Of a stretch of DNA of 41,924 nucleotides, positions 18,891-27,579 are shown in pieces. The stretch's first letter is position 1, and each line of letters opens with the position of its first letter. Location: positions 1 through 41,924 of IMG/VR virus record IMGVR_UViG_3300020120_000052. One strand, given 5' to 3'. The notes under the pieces were generated by a model that did not search any database, was not told where the DNA came from, and saw only the letters and a program-made list of their open reading frames with translations. Both the position numbers and the translations under genes were made by a program. The DNA comes from a virus. Taxonomy: Duplodnaviria; Caudoviricetes.

Positions 18891-20071
18891 TGGAGTCGGA
18901 AGCTACCCGCACCGCTGGACTGGCTGGCGTACTTCGGCAACGACTGGCTGAACAGGGCCTTGGCATCATCCTGGGTGTAGCCCTGGCTTTCCCAGGTGCC
19001 GAGCAGCATCTGCTGCTGGCTGGGGGTCAGGTTGGCCCACGTCTGGGGCGCCATCTGATTCGGCGCGACCAGGCTGGACATGGTCGCCTGAGCGTTCTGC
19101 TGGTCGCCGCCCGGCGCGTTGGCGCCCTGATACTGCTGCGTCTGGGGGTTGGCCGCGCCGGCCTGGACGCCAGGCTGGGTGAAGCCCTGCATCATCTGCT
19201 GGGTGCTGGGCTGCTGCTGGCCGCCGGTCAGCTGGTTGTAGAAGCTCTGCATGCTGACCGGTGTCGGCGCCACGCCCGTGGTCGCCCCGCCACCCGGCAT
19301 GTACTGGCCAGCTGCGGCGCGCACCAGGTCGGTCATGCCCTGCGGCGTCGAGCCGAGGACCTTCTGATACTGCATCCAGTCGGCCGGGCCGCGCAGCCCG
19401 GCCATCATCTGCATGTAGGCCTGGGCGGCCTGCTGCTGTTGCTGCCACTGGGTCTGGGCCAGGCCCTGCGCCTGCGCCCACTGACCGAACTGCTGCTGGT
19501 TGGCTTGCAGCGTCTGCTGGCCCTGGTACGTGCCGAGCAGGTTGGCCTGCTGGAGTTGGCTGGCCATGGTCTGCTGGCCGTTGTAGGTGCCCAGCTGGTT
19601 GGCGGTTTGCAGCTGGCTAGCGAGCGTCTCCTGGCCCGGCTTGGGCGCCTCGGCAGTGCCGTACAGGTTGGCCCAGTTGGTCAGCGCCGCCTGGGTCGGC
19701 TGGCCGTTGAACATGCCCGTCTGCTGGGCCACGGTGATCGTCTCGTTGAACGCCTGCTGCGCCTTCTGGAACGCCAGCGTGTCGTTGTCCAGCTGGAGCC
19801 GCGCGTTCAGGTAGGCCTGGTTGGCCTTGGCCTGGGCGCTGTTGAGGACCATCTGGGTGGCGGTCAGGTTGGCGTAGTCGCCGCCTCCACCGTCGCCACC
19901 TCCACCACCCCCGCCGCCCATGCCCGCACCGATCGGCACGCCGCCGACGTTGCTGGCGTCGCCGCCTGGCGTGCCGCCCTGGGCCTTGACGTTGTCGGCG
20001 GCAGCCTGCGGGCTGCTGGCGTTGACGGTCATGCTGCCGCCGCCCTCAAGCGGAACGTTGTAGCTGGGCAT
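18887..20071 (-). CDS. Gln-rich putative ejection/pilot protein, 394 aa
   Basis: Gly/Gln-rich; 19-aa G(T/M)(Y/F)NGQ.T repeats; coupled to neighbours. Confidence 0.7.
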   Translation of the reverse strand: MPSYNVPLEGGGSMTVNASSPQAAADNVKAQGGTPGGDASNVGGVPIGAGMGGGGGGGGDGGGGDYANLTATQMVLNSAQAKANQAYLNARLQLDNDTLAFQKAQQAFNETITVAQQTGMFNGQPTQAALTNWANLYGTAEAPKPGQETLASQLQTANQLGTYNGQQTMASQLQQANLLGTYQGQQTLQANQQQFGQWAQAQGLAQTQWQQQQQAAQAYMQMMAGLRGPADWMQYQKVLGSTPQGMTDLVRAAAGQYMPGGGATTGVAPTPVSMQSFYNQLTGGQQQPSTQQMMQGFTQPGVQAGAANPQTQQYQGANAPGGDQQNAQATMSSLVAPNQMAPQTWANLTPSQQQMLLGTWESQGYTQDDAKALFSQSLPKYASQSSGAGSFRLQ

Positions 20072-20421
20072 CAGGCTTCAGGACCTCCGACCGTGGGCGG
20101 GGCTGGCGGCGGCGTGGCCGCCTCTTCGGGTGGACTGGGCACGCGCAGGTTGGGGTAGGCCTTGATGACGGCCTTGTAGACCTGGGTGAACATCTCGGGT
20201 CCCATGCGCGCCATCTGGGCGGATCGGCCCTGCAAGTTGGGCGTGCCGTCCGGGTTGAACAGCTGGTTCTTGTAGTAGTCCAGCTTCTGCTCTTCGCTGA
20301 GCGGCGCACTGAACGGCGCCACTCCTTGCGGGGCCATGGCCAGGGCGATCTCGCTGCTGGTCTGATCCAGCCACACGGCCAGGTCGGTGGCGACCAGGTC
20401 GAGCGTGTTGGGCTTGGCCAC
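20071..20421 (-). CDS. Hypothetical virion-module protein, 116 aa
   Basis: GTG adjacent to the portal stop with GGAGG upstream; stop overlaps the next ATG. Confidence 0.75.
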   Translation of the reverse strand: MAKPNTLDLVATDLAVWLDQTSSEIALAMAPQGVAPFSAPLSEEQKLDYYKNQLFNPDGTPNLQGRSAQMARMGPEMFTQVYKAVIKAYPNLRVPSPPEEAATPPPAPPTVGGPEA

Positions 20422-22560
20422 CTAGCGACCTCCGGGCAGCGGCAGGGCGTTCTGGGGCGGACCCGGCACCCCACCCGGCGCGCCTGGCAACCCACCCGGT
20501 GGCATGGCGCCACCCGGCTGTTGCGGCGGCGGCGCCAGGGGGAGCCCGGCACCGGGCGACGGGACGGGATTGGGTGGCATCCCGCCCATCGGACCGGACG
20601 GTGGAGTACCTGGAGTCCCCGGGACGCCGGTCGGGGGCCCAGCGACCTGGTTGGCGGGCGTGCCGGCCAGCTGCTGCGGCGTGACTCCGCTGGCGGCGAT
20701 CTTCTGCTGCTGGATGGTGCCCAGCTTCTGGAAGACCTCGTCCTTCATCTTCTGCATCATCTCGGGCGACTGCTTCAGGTCGTGCAGCAGCCAGCTGCGC
20801 TCCACCTCGTCGGGGTTGCCGCCAGCGTCGGTGACGGCGTCCTCGTAGGTCATCAGCTTGAGTTGCATCTTTTCGCCGATGGCCCGGATTTCGATGATTT
20901 CGTTACTGGGCGTCTTGGGCGTCAGCGTGACGGTGTAGTTGTGGCAGCCGTCCAGGTCGTCCGGACCGATGCCCAGCCAGGTCGCCTTGCTGGTGCCGCC
21001 GCGTTTCATGCCCCGCTTGGGGTCCTGCTCGCCCCAGGCGTACACCTTCTCGTTGATCCTGTTCTCGATCAGCCAGCTTTCAAAGCCGGTCCTGGCCCCG
21101 AGGGCCTCCTCGGCGTTGCTGACAATCGGGTCCCAGGCCAACCGCGCCAGGTACGCCGCCTGGTTCAGGGCGTAGCCGGAGGTATCGCCCGCCGCCATAC
21201 CCTGGACGCTGCTGGGCAGGGCTAGCTCGATCATCTGCTGGATATTGCCCAGCAGCTTGTTGAAGTCGGCGCCACTCTGGGGCTGGTCGATCGGCGCCAC
21301 GTCGAACGGGTACAGCTTGCCTGGCTCGATCTTGCGCGGCGCCTCCTCGCGTCCGTCGGTGCCATACGGCGCCGAGGCCAGGCCCGGCACCACGCCCGGT
21401 GGCTGGGTCTGCTTGTAGGCCGGCATGCCAGTCATGTACGCGGCGTTGCCCTGGACCGTCAGCATCGAGTCCAGCAACCTGAACAGCGGCAGGTAGCCGA
21501 ACAGCACCGACAATCCGGCGTGCTCCGGCAGCCTGGACGCCGTGGTGATGCCCAGGGCGTGGAAGTAGGGACCCTTGAGCGTGCCCAGGCCCGGCTCGGC
21601 GTACGGGTGCTGGACCACCGAGCACAACGTGGCCGAGCCGTCCTTGCCCAGGCTGAGGCTCTGCTGGCCCGGACCCTGGAGCAAAATCACCTGGACGTTG
21701 GCGTCCCAGGCCTCGATGCAGGTGAGCGTGCGGGCCGTGCCGTGGAACACGCGGTCCCACTCCGCTCGGGGTAATCCAGCCGCCCTGGGGTCGTACTGGT
21801 CCGGGGCGATCACCCGCCCGTTGCCGTCGAGTCCGGCGCCGAAGCGGGCCAGGGCGTCCTCGTAGGGCAGCTGCTTGATCTCCATGAACGAGGTGAAGCC
21901 GTTTTCGTTCTGGGTGTAATAGAACGTCTCGGGCGGCACGTCGGTGCTGGCGATCGGGTACGGCAGCTTGAGCTTGTACTCCTCGGTGGAGCGGTCGTAG
22001 GCGATGTCCTGGGCGTGCTGGTCCAGCCCGTCGGAGGCGTACTGGTCTTGCAGCCGCTGGGCTTCCTCCGGATAGCTCGCCCAGGCGCTCTTGGCCCGCT
22101 CGACGGTCTTCAGAATGCCCTCGCCCTTGATCGCCAGACTCCACAGGAACAACCGGCGCAGCTGGCGCTTGGCCTCGTGCTCCTGCCTTCTCCAGCTGGC
22201 CTCGAAGAAGTGCTCGCGCAAGGTGGAGTTCTGCTGGTACACGTCGCCGAAACCCACCGGTCGGAAGTTAATAGTGGCCGGATTGACGCTCAGGGCAGCG
22301 GTGATGCTGGTGGCGATGTGGAGTGCCAGCGGAGTGCGCACCTCGACGGCGGTATCGCGGTACGCCTCCGGAATTTCAATTGAGAATTCCTGGAATACGG
22401 TGGCGTCGATGTCCCTGTACAGCTGGTTGCGGTAATTGAAGTCGCGTTGCAACTGTTGCGCAAGCTCGCACGTCACCCGCTCGGCGACGTCTTTATCACT
22501 CGCGGACTTGCCCCAACGCAGTGATGGTGCGCTCTTAGTATCCCTGGTCAGACTAGGCAT
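20422..22560 (-). CDS. Portal protein (~712 aa; start ATG 22560)
   Basis: Follows terL; GGAGG RBS; SGYAL motif and long Pro/Gln-rich C-terminal tail typical of podovirus portals. Confidence 0.8.
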   Translation of the reverse strand: MPSLTRDTKSAPSLRWGKSASDKDVAERVTCELAQQLQRDFNYRNQLYRDIDATVFQEFSIEIPEAYRDTAVEVRTPLALHIATSITAALSVNPATINFRPVGFGDVYQQNSTLREHFFEASWRRQEHEAKRQLRRLFLWSLAIKGEGILKTVERAKSAWASYPEEAQRLQDQYASDGLDQHAQDIAYDRSTEEYKLKLPYPIASTDVPPETFYYTQNENGFTSFMEIKQLPYEDALARFGAGLDGNGRVIAPDQYDPRAAGLPRAEWDRVFHGTARTLTCIEAWDANVQVILLQGPGQQSLSLGKDGSATLCSVVQHPYAEPGLGTLKGPYFHALGITTASRLPEHAGLSVLFGYLPLFRLLDSMLTVQGNAAYMTGMPAYKQTQPPGVVPGLASAPYGTDGREEAPRKIEPGKLYPFDVAPIDQPQSGADFNKLLGNIQQMIELALPSSVQGMAAGDTSGYALNQAAYLARLAWDPIVSNAEEALGARTGFESWLIENRINEKVYAWGEQDPKRGMKRGGTSKATWLGIGPDDLDGCHNYTVTLTPKTPSNEIIEIRAIGEKMQLKLMTYEDAVTDAGGNPDEVERSWLLHDLKQSPEMMQKMKDEVFQKLGTIQQQKIAASGVTPQQLAGTPANQVAGPPTGVPGTPGTPPSGPMGGMPPNPVPSPGAGLPLAPPPQQPGGAMPPGGLPGAPGGVPGPPQNALPLPGGR

Positions 22561-22666
22561 TCCGCCTCCACGTCGGATGGACCTCGAAGTTCCTGCAACC
22601 AACAAACGTTACCCATCGATAACTCCAGCTGGCTGGATACCACCACTTGCGTCTGGCGTATTTCAT
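22553..22666 (-). CDS. Possible 37-aa Trp/Arg-rich peptide bridging terL and portal (not in ORF track)
   Basis: ATG overlaps the terL TGA (ATGA); TAG overlaps the portal start; MKYARRKWWYPASWSYRWVTFVGCRNFEVHPTWRRNA. Confidence 0.4.
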   Translation of the reverse strand: MKYARRKWWYPASWSYRWVTFVGCRNFEVHPTWRRNA

Positions 22667-23994
22667 CCAAACCTCAATTCCACCGGTTGCGTTCGACGTG
22701 GAGGTTGCGCCTCCGCGCACAGTCCGTAGCGGAGTGCATCCGGTGCATGGTCCTCCGTCTTGGTGGAACCGACCTTATCCGCGACATCCTCCGGGTCGAG
22801 CGGATCAACGACCATGGCCGGAATGGTGCGGATGAGGTTCGGACAGGCGCCCTTGAACACCTGGAGTCGGGGCATTCCGGAGTCCGTCGCCATGGCCCGC
22901 CGCACGGTGGCCCAGCCCTGCTTCCTGGAGTTCTGACCGGGATACACCGGGGCCACCCCGTGCATGGCATACACCGCCGCGATGCTGGGACGCATCTGCT
23001 CGGTGCGGGGGTTGAACATGCTCGGATCGAGAATTCTCAGCTGGAGTGGCTCATTCTCAGAACGCTGCACGATCAAATCCGCCTGCTGCTCGTCGCGGAG
23101 TCCGCTGGCGTACGCCTCCCTGTACACGTAAATGCGCCTGGACTCCGGTTCCCTGGCGAACCACAAACAGCAAAATGGCGCGGCGAATCCGTAATCCACC
23201 GACAACCACCGGGGCCACTCGGCTGGAATTTCAAATGGCTCGACGCAATGCACCGACGGATTCCACTCGGTGAAGTACATCCCCTCGGCGGCCACCCACA
23301 TGCCCAACAACAAGCGTTGTTTGAGGTAACCGGACAACGACTCCAGCCCAGCGATGTAATCCGCTCCAAGTGGAGTCCAGCACTTATCCCTGGCATTCCA
23401 CAACGTGGGGTTGTCCTTGTGGCTGGACTCCAGCAGCGTGCAATGGCCTTCGTCGCAGCGGACCTTCAACCAGTGACTGGGAGGTCCAGGGTTGCAATCC
23501 GCCATCAGCTGCTGATAGCTGAGCACGTTGTTGCGGAGTCCGCGCAGCAGCATGCCCCAGTCGTCCTCCTCCAACTCGGTGGCCTCCTGGACGTACACCA
23601 CGTCGAACTCGGTGGAGCCGATCTTTTCGGCGTCGTCCATCCCCGCGACCATGATCCTGGCGCCAGATGGGTAGCGGTACTCCTGGTCGCCATCATGGAA
23701 CTGGACGTTGTTGGGTTGGGGCAGGACCTTGTTCTCGAAGGTAGCCATGGCCGACTGGGTGAGCGACTTGCGGGTCTTCCTGACGATGGCCGCCCGAATG
23801 GGCCGCTGCATGGCGATCAGGTTGAGCTTTTCCAGGCACGCCCGACTCTTCCCCGTGCCGGCCGGTCCCGCCAGCAGGACCTCGCGCGACTTGGTACGGA
23901 ACAACTCCCGCGCACTGCCGAAGGCCTGGTACGGGCTCTCCTCGGGGCGTGCCGACTCACCCGTCTCAACACGGGCTGCCAGTCGGCCTGCCAT
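22663..23994 (-). CDS. terL: Terminase large subunit (PBSX/SPP1-like), 443 aa
   Basis: Walker A GPAGTGKS, Walker B-like VVYVQEATE, motif III DCNP, DNP, nuclease VDYG, DPS and EDHAPDALRY. Confidence 0.95.
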   Translation of the reverse strand: MAGRLAARVETGESARPEESPYQAFGSARELFRTKSREVLLAGPAGTGKSRACLEKLNLIAMQRPIRAAIVRKTRKSLTQSAMATFENKVLPQPNNVQFHDGDQEYRYPSGARIMVAGMDDAEKIGSTEFDVVYVQEATELEEDDWGMLLRGLRNNVLSYQQLMADCNPGPPSHWLKVRCDEGHCTLLESSHKDNPTLWNARDKCWTPLGADYIAGLESLSGYLKQRLLLGMWVAAEGMYFTEWNPSVHCVEPFEIPAEWPRWLSVDYGFAAPFCCLWFAREPESRRIYVYREAYASGLRDEQQADLIVQRSENEPLQLRILDPSMFNPRTEQMRPSIAAVYAMHGVAPVYPGQNSRKQGWATVRRAMATDSGMPRLQVFKGACPNLIRTIPAMVVDPLDPEDVADKVGSTKTEDHAPDALRYGLCAEAQPPRRTQPVELRFG

Positions 23995-23997
23995 ACT

Positions 23998-24195
23998 CTA
24001 GTTACCGGGTTGACTGGTCCTGGAGGTGTGGACTTCTGGGCCGGTCGCCCGGTCCTTGTTGAACAGCTGCCTGGCGCACACGTCGCACACCCACAGGGTG
24101 CGGCCATAGACATGCACCCACTGGTTGCCGGCACGCCTGGCGCCTTTGGAGTCGACGCAGAACCTGGAGCAGCGCTTCTCGTATCTCGGCTTCAA
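23998..24195 (-). CDS. Small Zn-finger protein, 65 aa
   Basis: CSRFC...CDVC; GGGAG upstream of a TTG start. Confidence 0.55.
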   Translation of the reverse strand: MKPRYEKRCSRFCVDSKGARRAGNQWVHVYGRTLWVCDVCARQLFNKDRATGPEVHTSRTSQPGN

Positions 24196-24245
24196 TTTGT
24201 GACTCCCTGTACCTGACCAAAACCTTCTAGCCTGAATTTCGCCCT

Positions 24246-24578
24246 ATGGGGCTCCCCTACGAACCGCGTCTCCCGTCTCTTATCCGCGTTGAGGGTCAGG
24301 CCCTCGTGTGCGGTTCCTGCCGTCGCCGCTGGAAAGCCCCGGCCGAGCTATCCGCCGACAACCGTGACTACCTGTGGGAGCATGCGTCCCACCACGAGTC
24401 GCGCAGGCACCACTTGCCGGACCACCGTCAGAAGCTCAGCCGCTGGAGCGACCCGAAGCCCGAGCCGGTGCAGTGCCAAACCTGCTTCACCTGGTTCTCC
24501 GGCCGCCGCTGCCAGCAGTGCTTCCCCGACTTCCGCCTGCGCCGCAACACCGACTCTGCGCCACCCACCAACAGCTGA
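24246..24578 (+). CDS. Zn-finger protein, 110 aa, antisense between terS and terL
   Basis: CGSC...H..HH, CQTC...CQQC; GC3-rich codon usage in this frame. Confidence 0.7.
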   Translation: MGLPYEPRLPSLIRVEGQALVCGSCRRRWKAPAELSADNRDYLWEHASHHESRRHHLPDHRQKLSRWSDPKPEPVQCQTCFTWFSGRRCQQCFPDFRLRRNTDSAPPTNS

Positions 24579-24841
24579 GACTGGATCTCATCTGGAAGTG
24601 AAAACGTCGAGGAGTGGGTGTCCGGTTTCCCTGAAATAGGATTAGCGCGGCCGGGTCCTGGCGGGGGCACGTCCCACTGCCACCCCCACCCCTCCCACCA
24701 CCACGTCGGTCCACGTACGTGCGCGGCGCGCGATGGAGTTGAAGGCGTCGCCCTGGTCGTCGCCCAGGACACACGTAGAGACACGGGGAGTGAGATGGGA
24801 GCGAGAGTCCGCTGAGATGGCGACGTGCTTACGCCGCGTGT

Positions 24842-25363
24842 CTACAGGACTTCGGTGGGGTCCAGGCCAACCACGGTCTTGACCACCTGCTGGACTGAGA
24901 CGTCCAGCTTCTCGCGGTACTTCTCCGGAGCACGTGCTCGGAGGAGCAGGGTCATGAGTGCATCGGAGTACTCGATCTTGCGATCGGTGCCCACCGGTTC
25001 ACCATGCCAGTAGCTGGTCCGCTCGTACGGGCTGCCTTCCACCGCTCGGCGCCAGGCCTCGGACTCCATGAACTCCAGGGCAGCTGCCTCAGCGGTGCGG
25101 AAGCCCTGGGCGAACTCCTCGTCCGTCTCCAGCCAGTCGTAGATGGCATGGCGGCTGATGTCGGCCAGCTGGGCCGCCCGCGAGATGTTGCCGTACTTGC
25201 TGTAGGCCGCCAGGAACGCGTGTTTGGTCCGAGCCACCTGCCTCTTTGTGAGGTGACGACCACGCCGCTCAGGCCGCCGATCGATCACCTCAACCTGGAC
25301 TGCCAGGCCAGTAGCACCGTCCGACCCGGTACTTTCGTACGGTATTTCGGACGTTTCGGGCAT
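24842..25363 (-). CDS. terS: Terminase small subunit (start 25363 or 25396)
   Basis: HTH AFLAAYSKYGNISRAAQLADISRHAIYDW plus EAWRRAVEG...VG..R.IEYSDALMTLLLRARAPEKYRE, a common phage TerS signature; upstream of terL. Confidence 0.85.
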   Translation of the reverse strand: MPETSEIPYESTGSDGATGLAVQVEVIDRRPERRGRHLTKRQVARTKHAFLAAYSKYGNISRAAQLADISRHAIYDWLETDEEFAQGFRTAEAAALEFMESEAWRRAVEGSPYERTSYWHGEPVGTDRKIEYSDALMTLLLRARAPEKYREKLDVSVQQVVKTVVGLDPTEVL

Positions 25364-25412
25364 AGCTTTCGCTCTGGCACCCACTCTCACCTGCATCTCG
25401 TCCTGAGATCAA

Positions 25413-25453
25413 GACCAAAATACTTGGTCACCCTTGACGAATTCCAGTACAGT
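25413..25453 (+). promoter_or_regulatory. Candidate promoter of the accessory operon with an overlapping palindromic operator
   Basis: TTGGTC(25424-29)-18 nt-TACAGT(25448-53); inverted repeat GACCAA-N5-TTGGTC (25413-25429) overlaps the -35. Confidence 0.4.
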
Positions 25454-25516
25454 GCGCGCAGCGCACCTCCCCCGACGGCCAGCGGCCGAAACCACCAGGG
25501 GGTGCCAGGAGATCAC

Positions 25517-25756
25517 ATGAGCGTCCACACCGCTCCAGTCACCCGCTTCCGCGACCTGGCCGTCGGCCAGCACTTCGACTTCGTTGACGACAGCCGCTCG
25601 TTCAACTCGTTCTTCGGCCGCTGCCACAAGCTCAGCGCTCGGACCTACGGCTGGTACGTCACCGATTGGGAGAAGGCCGGCAACCCGCTCAAGGTCATCA
25701 CCAGCCGCGTCGGCTCAATCAACGTCCAGGTGTTCCACGTCGAGGCGGCCTCGTGA
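25517..25756 (+). CDS. Hypothetical protein, 79 aa (first gene of the accessory operon)
   Basis: AGGAG RBS; MSVHTAPVTRFRDLAVGQHFDF..., an F.DL.VG..F start seen in small phage SH3-like proteins. Confidence 0.75.
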   Translation: MSVHTAPVTRFRDLAVGQHFDFVDDSRSFNSFFGRCHKLSARTYGWYVTDWEKAGNPLKVITSRVGSINVQVFHVEAAS

Positions 25757-26025
25757 GCGCCTCGCCGGCGGCAGTCTGCACCACCTGCGGCGGTTCGCTG
25801 CTGCTCTGGCCGACCGACCAGGCCAGCCCGTGCTTCTACGGTCACCCGGTCGACCAGGACCGCCGCGTCACCCGCTCAGCCGCGACCGGCGTGCGCCGCT
25901 ACCACCGTGGCGCGCCGTGTGTCTGCGGCCACACCGTTGAGCAGCACCTGAGCGCCGCCGCCCGCTGCGACGTCCAGGACGCCGTCTGCGGCTGCATGCG
26001 CTTCCGCCTGGATGACGACCGATGA
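25753..26025 (+). CDS. Cys/His-rich Zn-binding protein, 90 aa
   Basis: GTGA overlap; CTTC, CVCGH..EQH...C...CGC.RF. Confidence 0.7.
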   Translation: MSASPAAVCTTCGGSLLLWPTDQASPCFYGHPVDQDRRVTRSAATGVRRYHRGAPCVCGHTVEQHLSAAARCDVQDAVCGCMRFRLDDDR

Positions 26026-27353
26026 GCGCCCAGGGCAAGACCGAAGCCGGCGTGCTGCACCTGATCGACCACAAGCTGGGCGAGCACAAGGGCGGCCGCC
26101 GCGTCTGGCTGGAGGGCAAGCGCCTGGTCGACGCCGGCTTCAAGGACGGCGTCCGCTACCAGGTCGCCGCCCAGGGCGATGCGCTCGTCCTGTCACTCTC
26201 GCCAGCTGGGACCCACAAGGTCAGCCGTGGGGGCGTCGAGCGGCCCATCGTGGACCTGATCACGCGTGCCCTGGGCAGTCCCGTCGAGCGCGTCCAGGTC
26301 GCCTTCTACCCCCGCCGCATCACCCTCACCCTGCACCCCATCGACGCGGCTGCCCAGCGGCGCCTGGCTCGGGTCAACGCTCGGGTCCAGGGCGGCCAGA
26401 AGCTGCGCCTCGGCTCGGTGTGCCACGGCGGCGGCGTCGCCTCCTCGGCCATCCTGCGCGGCCTGCCAGCGGCTGAGATGGCCCTGGCCGTCGAGCAGAA
26501 CCCCGAGTACCTGGCCCAGTCGCTGCGGCGCGGGCCGCTCGCCCAGGGCGGCGTCAGCTTCCAGTGCGACCTGGGCGACCTGGGCTCCTCGCCCGAGATG
26601 CTGGCCCAGCTGCCCGAGGTGGACGTGCTCGAAGCCGGCCTGCCGTGCATCAGCGCTTCACGGGCCGGCCGAGCCAAGAAGAACCTCGCCCAGGCCGAGG
26701 ACGACCAGGCCACGGCTGACCTGGCCCACGCCCTCCTGAACGTCGTCAGCTGGACCAGGCCGGCCACGATCGTCCTGGAGAACGTGCCCGAGTACGCCGA
26801 CACCGCCTCGGCGGCCATGATCCGCCGCAACCTGGAACGCCTCGGCTACCGCCTCTCGGAGCGCGTCATCGACGGCGCCGAGTGGTCGCTCGAAGCTCGC
26901 CAGCGCTGGCTGTTGGTGGCCACCAGCGATCGGGCCGCCGACCTGGACGGCCTCACGGGTGGCGAGCGGCCAGCTGCCCTGGCCGAGGTCCTCGACAAGC
27001 GCACGCCGGCGGCAGCCTGGCGCTCAACCGCCGCCCTCGACGCCCAGCTGGCGGATGCCAGGGCCAAGGGCCAGGGCTTCGCCCGAGGTCGCAAGCTGCT
27101 GACCGCCGCCGACACCTCGGTGCCCACCCTGCGGCGCGGGTATCAGAAGGGCGGCAAGTGCGACGTGCGCCTGGCCCACCCGACTCGGCCTGGCATCGCC
27201 CGCCTGTTCTCAGCCGCCGAGCACGCCAGGATCAAGGGCATTGACCCCGCCCTGGTCAGCGGCCTGTCGGAAAAGAAGGCCCACGAGATCCTGGGCCAGT
27301 CAGTCATCGCCCCAGCGTTTACCGCCCTGGGCGCCGTCATCGGCGCCCTCTAG
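26022..27353 (+). CDS. C5 cytosine DNA methyltransferase with an extra N-terminal domain, 443 aa
   Basis: Motif I variant SVCHGGG, IV GLPC, VI ENV, VIII E.R.R, IX RLFSAAEHARIKG, X LGQSV. Confidence 0.9.
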   Translation: MSAQGKTEAGVLHLIDHKLGEHKGGRRVWLEGKRLVDAGFKDGVRYQVAAQGDALVLSLSPAGTHKVSRGGVERPIVDLITRALGSPVERVQVAFYPRRITLTLHPIDAAAQRRLARVNARVQGGQKLRLGSVCHGGGVASSAILRGLPAAEMALAVEQNPEYLAQSLRRGPLAQGGVSFQCDLGDLGSSPEMLAQLPEVDVLEAGLPCISASRAGRAKKNLAQAEDDQATADLAHALLNVVSWTRPATIVLENVPEYADTASAAMIRRNLERLGYRLSERVIDGAEWSLEARQRWLLVATSDRAADLDGLTGGERPAALAEVLDKRTPAAAWRSTAALDAQLADARAKGQGFARGRKLLTAADTSVPTLRRGYQKGGKCDVRLAHPTRPGIARLFSAAEHARIKGIDPALVSGLSEKKAHEILGQSVIAPAFTALGAVIGAL

Positions 27354-27375
27354 TCCCAAGGAGTCCACACCTCCC

Positions 27376-27579
27376 ATGACCACGCGACGTAAATCCACCT
27401 TCGACCTGAAGACCAACCAGTTGGTCAGGGTCTACACGCCACTCGGCACCCGAGTGGCCAGGGTCCTGTGCAGCCTGTGCCTGATGGCCTGCACCGCCGA
27501 CCTGGCCGGTCGCTCCAGCCAGCGCACCGGCCGAGCCTGTGAGCGCTGCGGCAAGCCCAGCACGGTGGTGACCCTGTGA
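27376..27579 (+). CDS. Small Zn-finger protein, 67 aa
   Basis: AAGGAG RBS; CSLC...CERC. Confidence 0.7.
   Translation: MTTRRKSTFDLKTNQLVRVYTPLGTRVARVLCSLCLMACTADLAGRSSQRTGRACERCGKPSTVVTL

Noticed and set aside
24215-24222. GACCAAAA shared with the 25413 operator candidate
   Set aside because: Only a half-site of 8 bp; compatible with chance.
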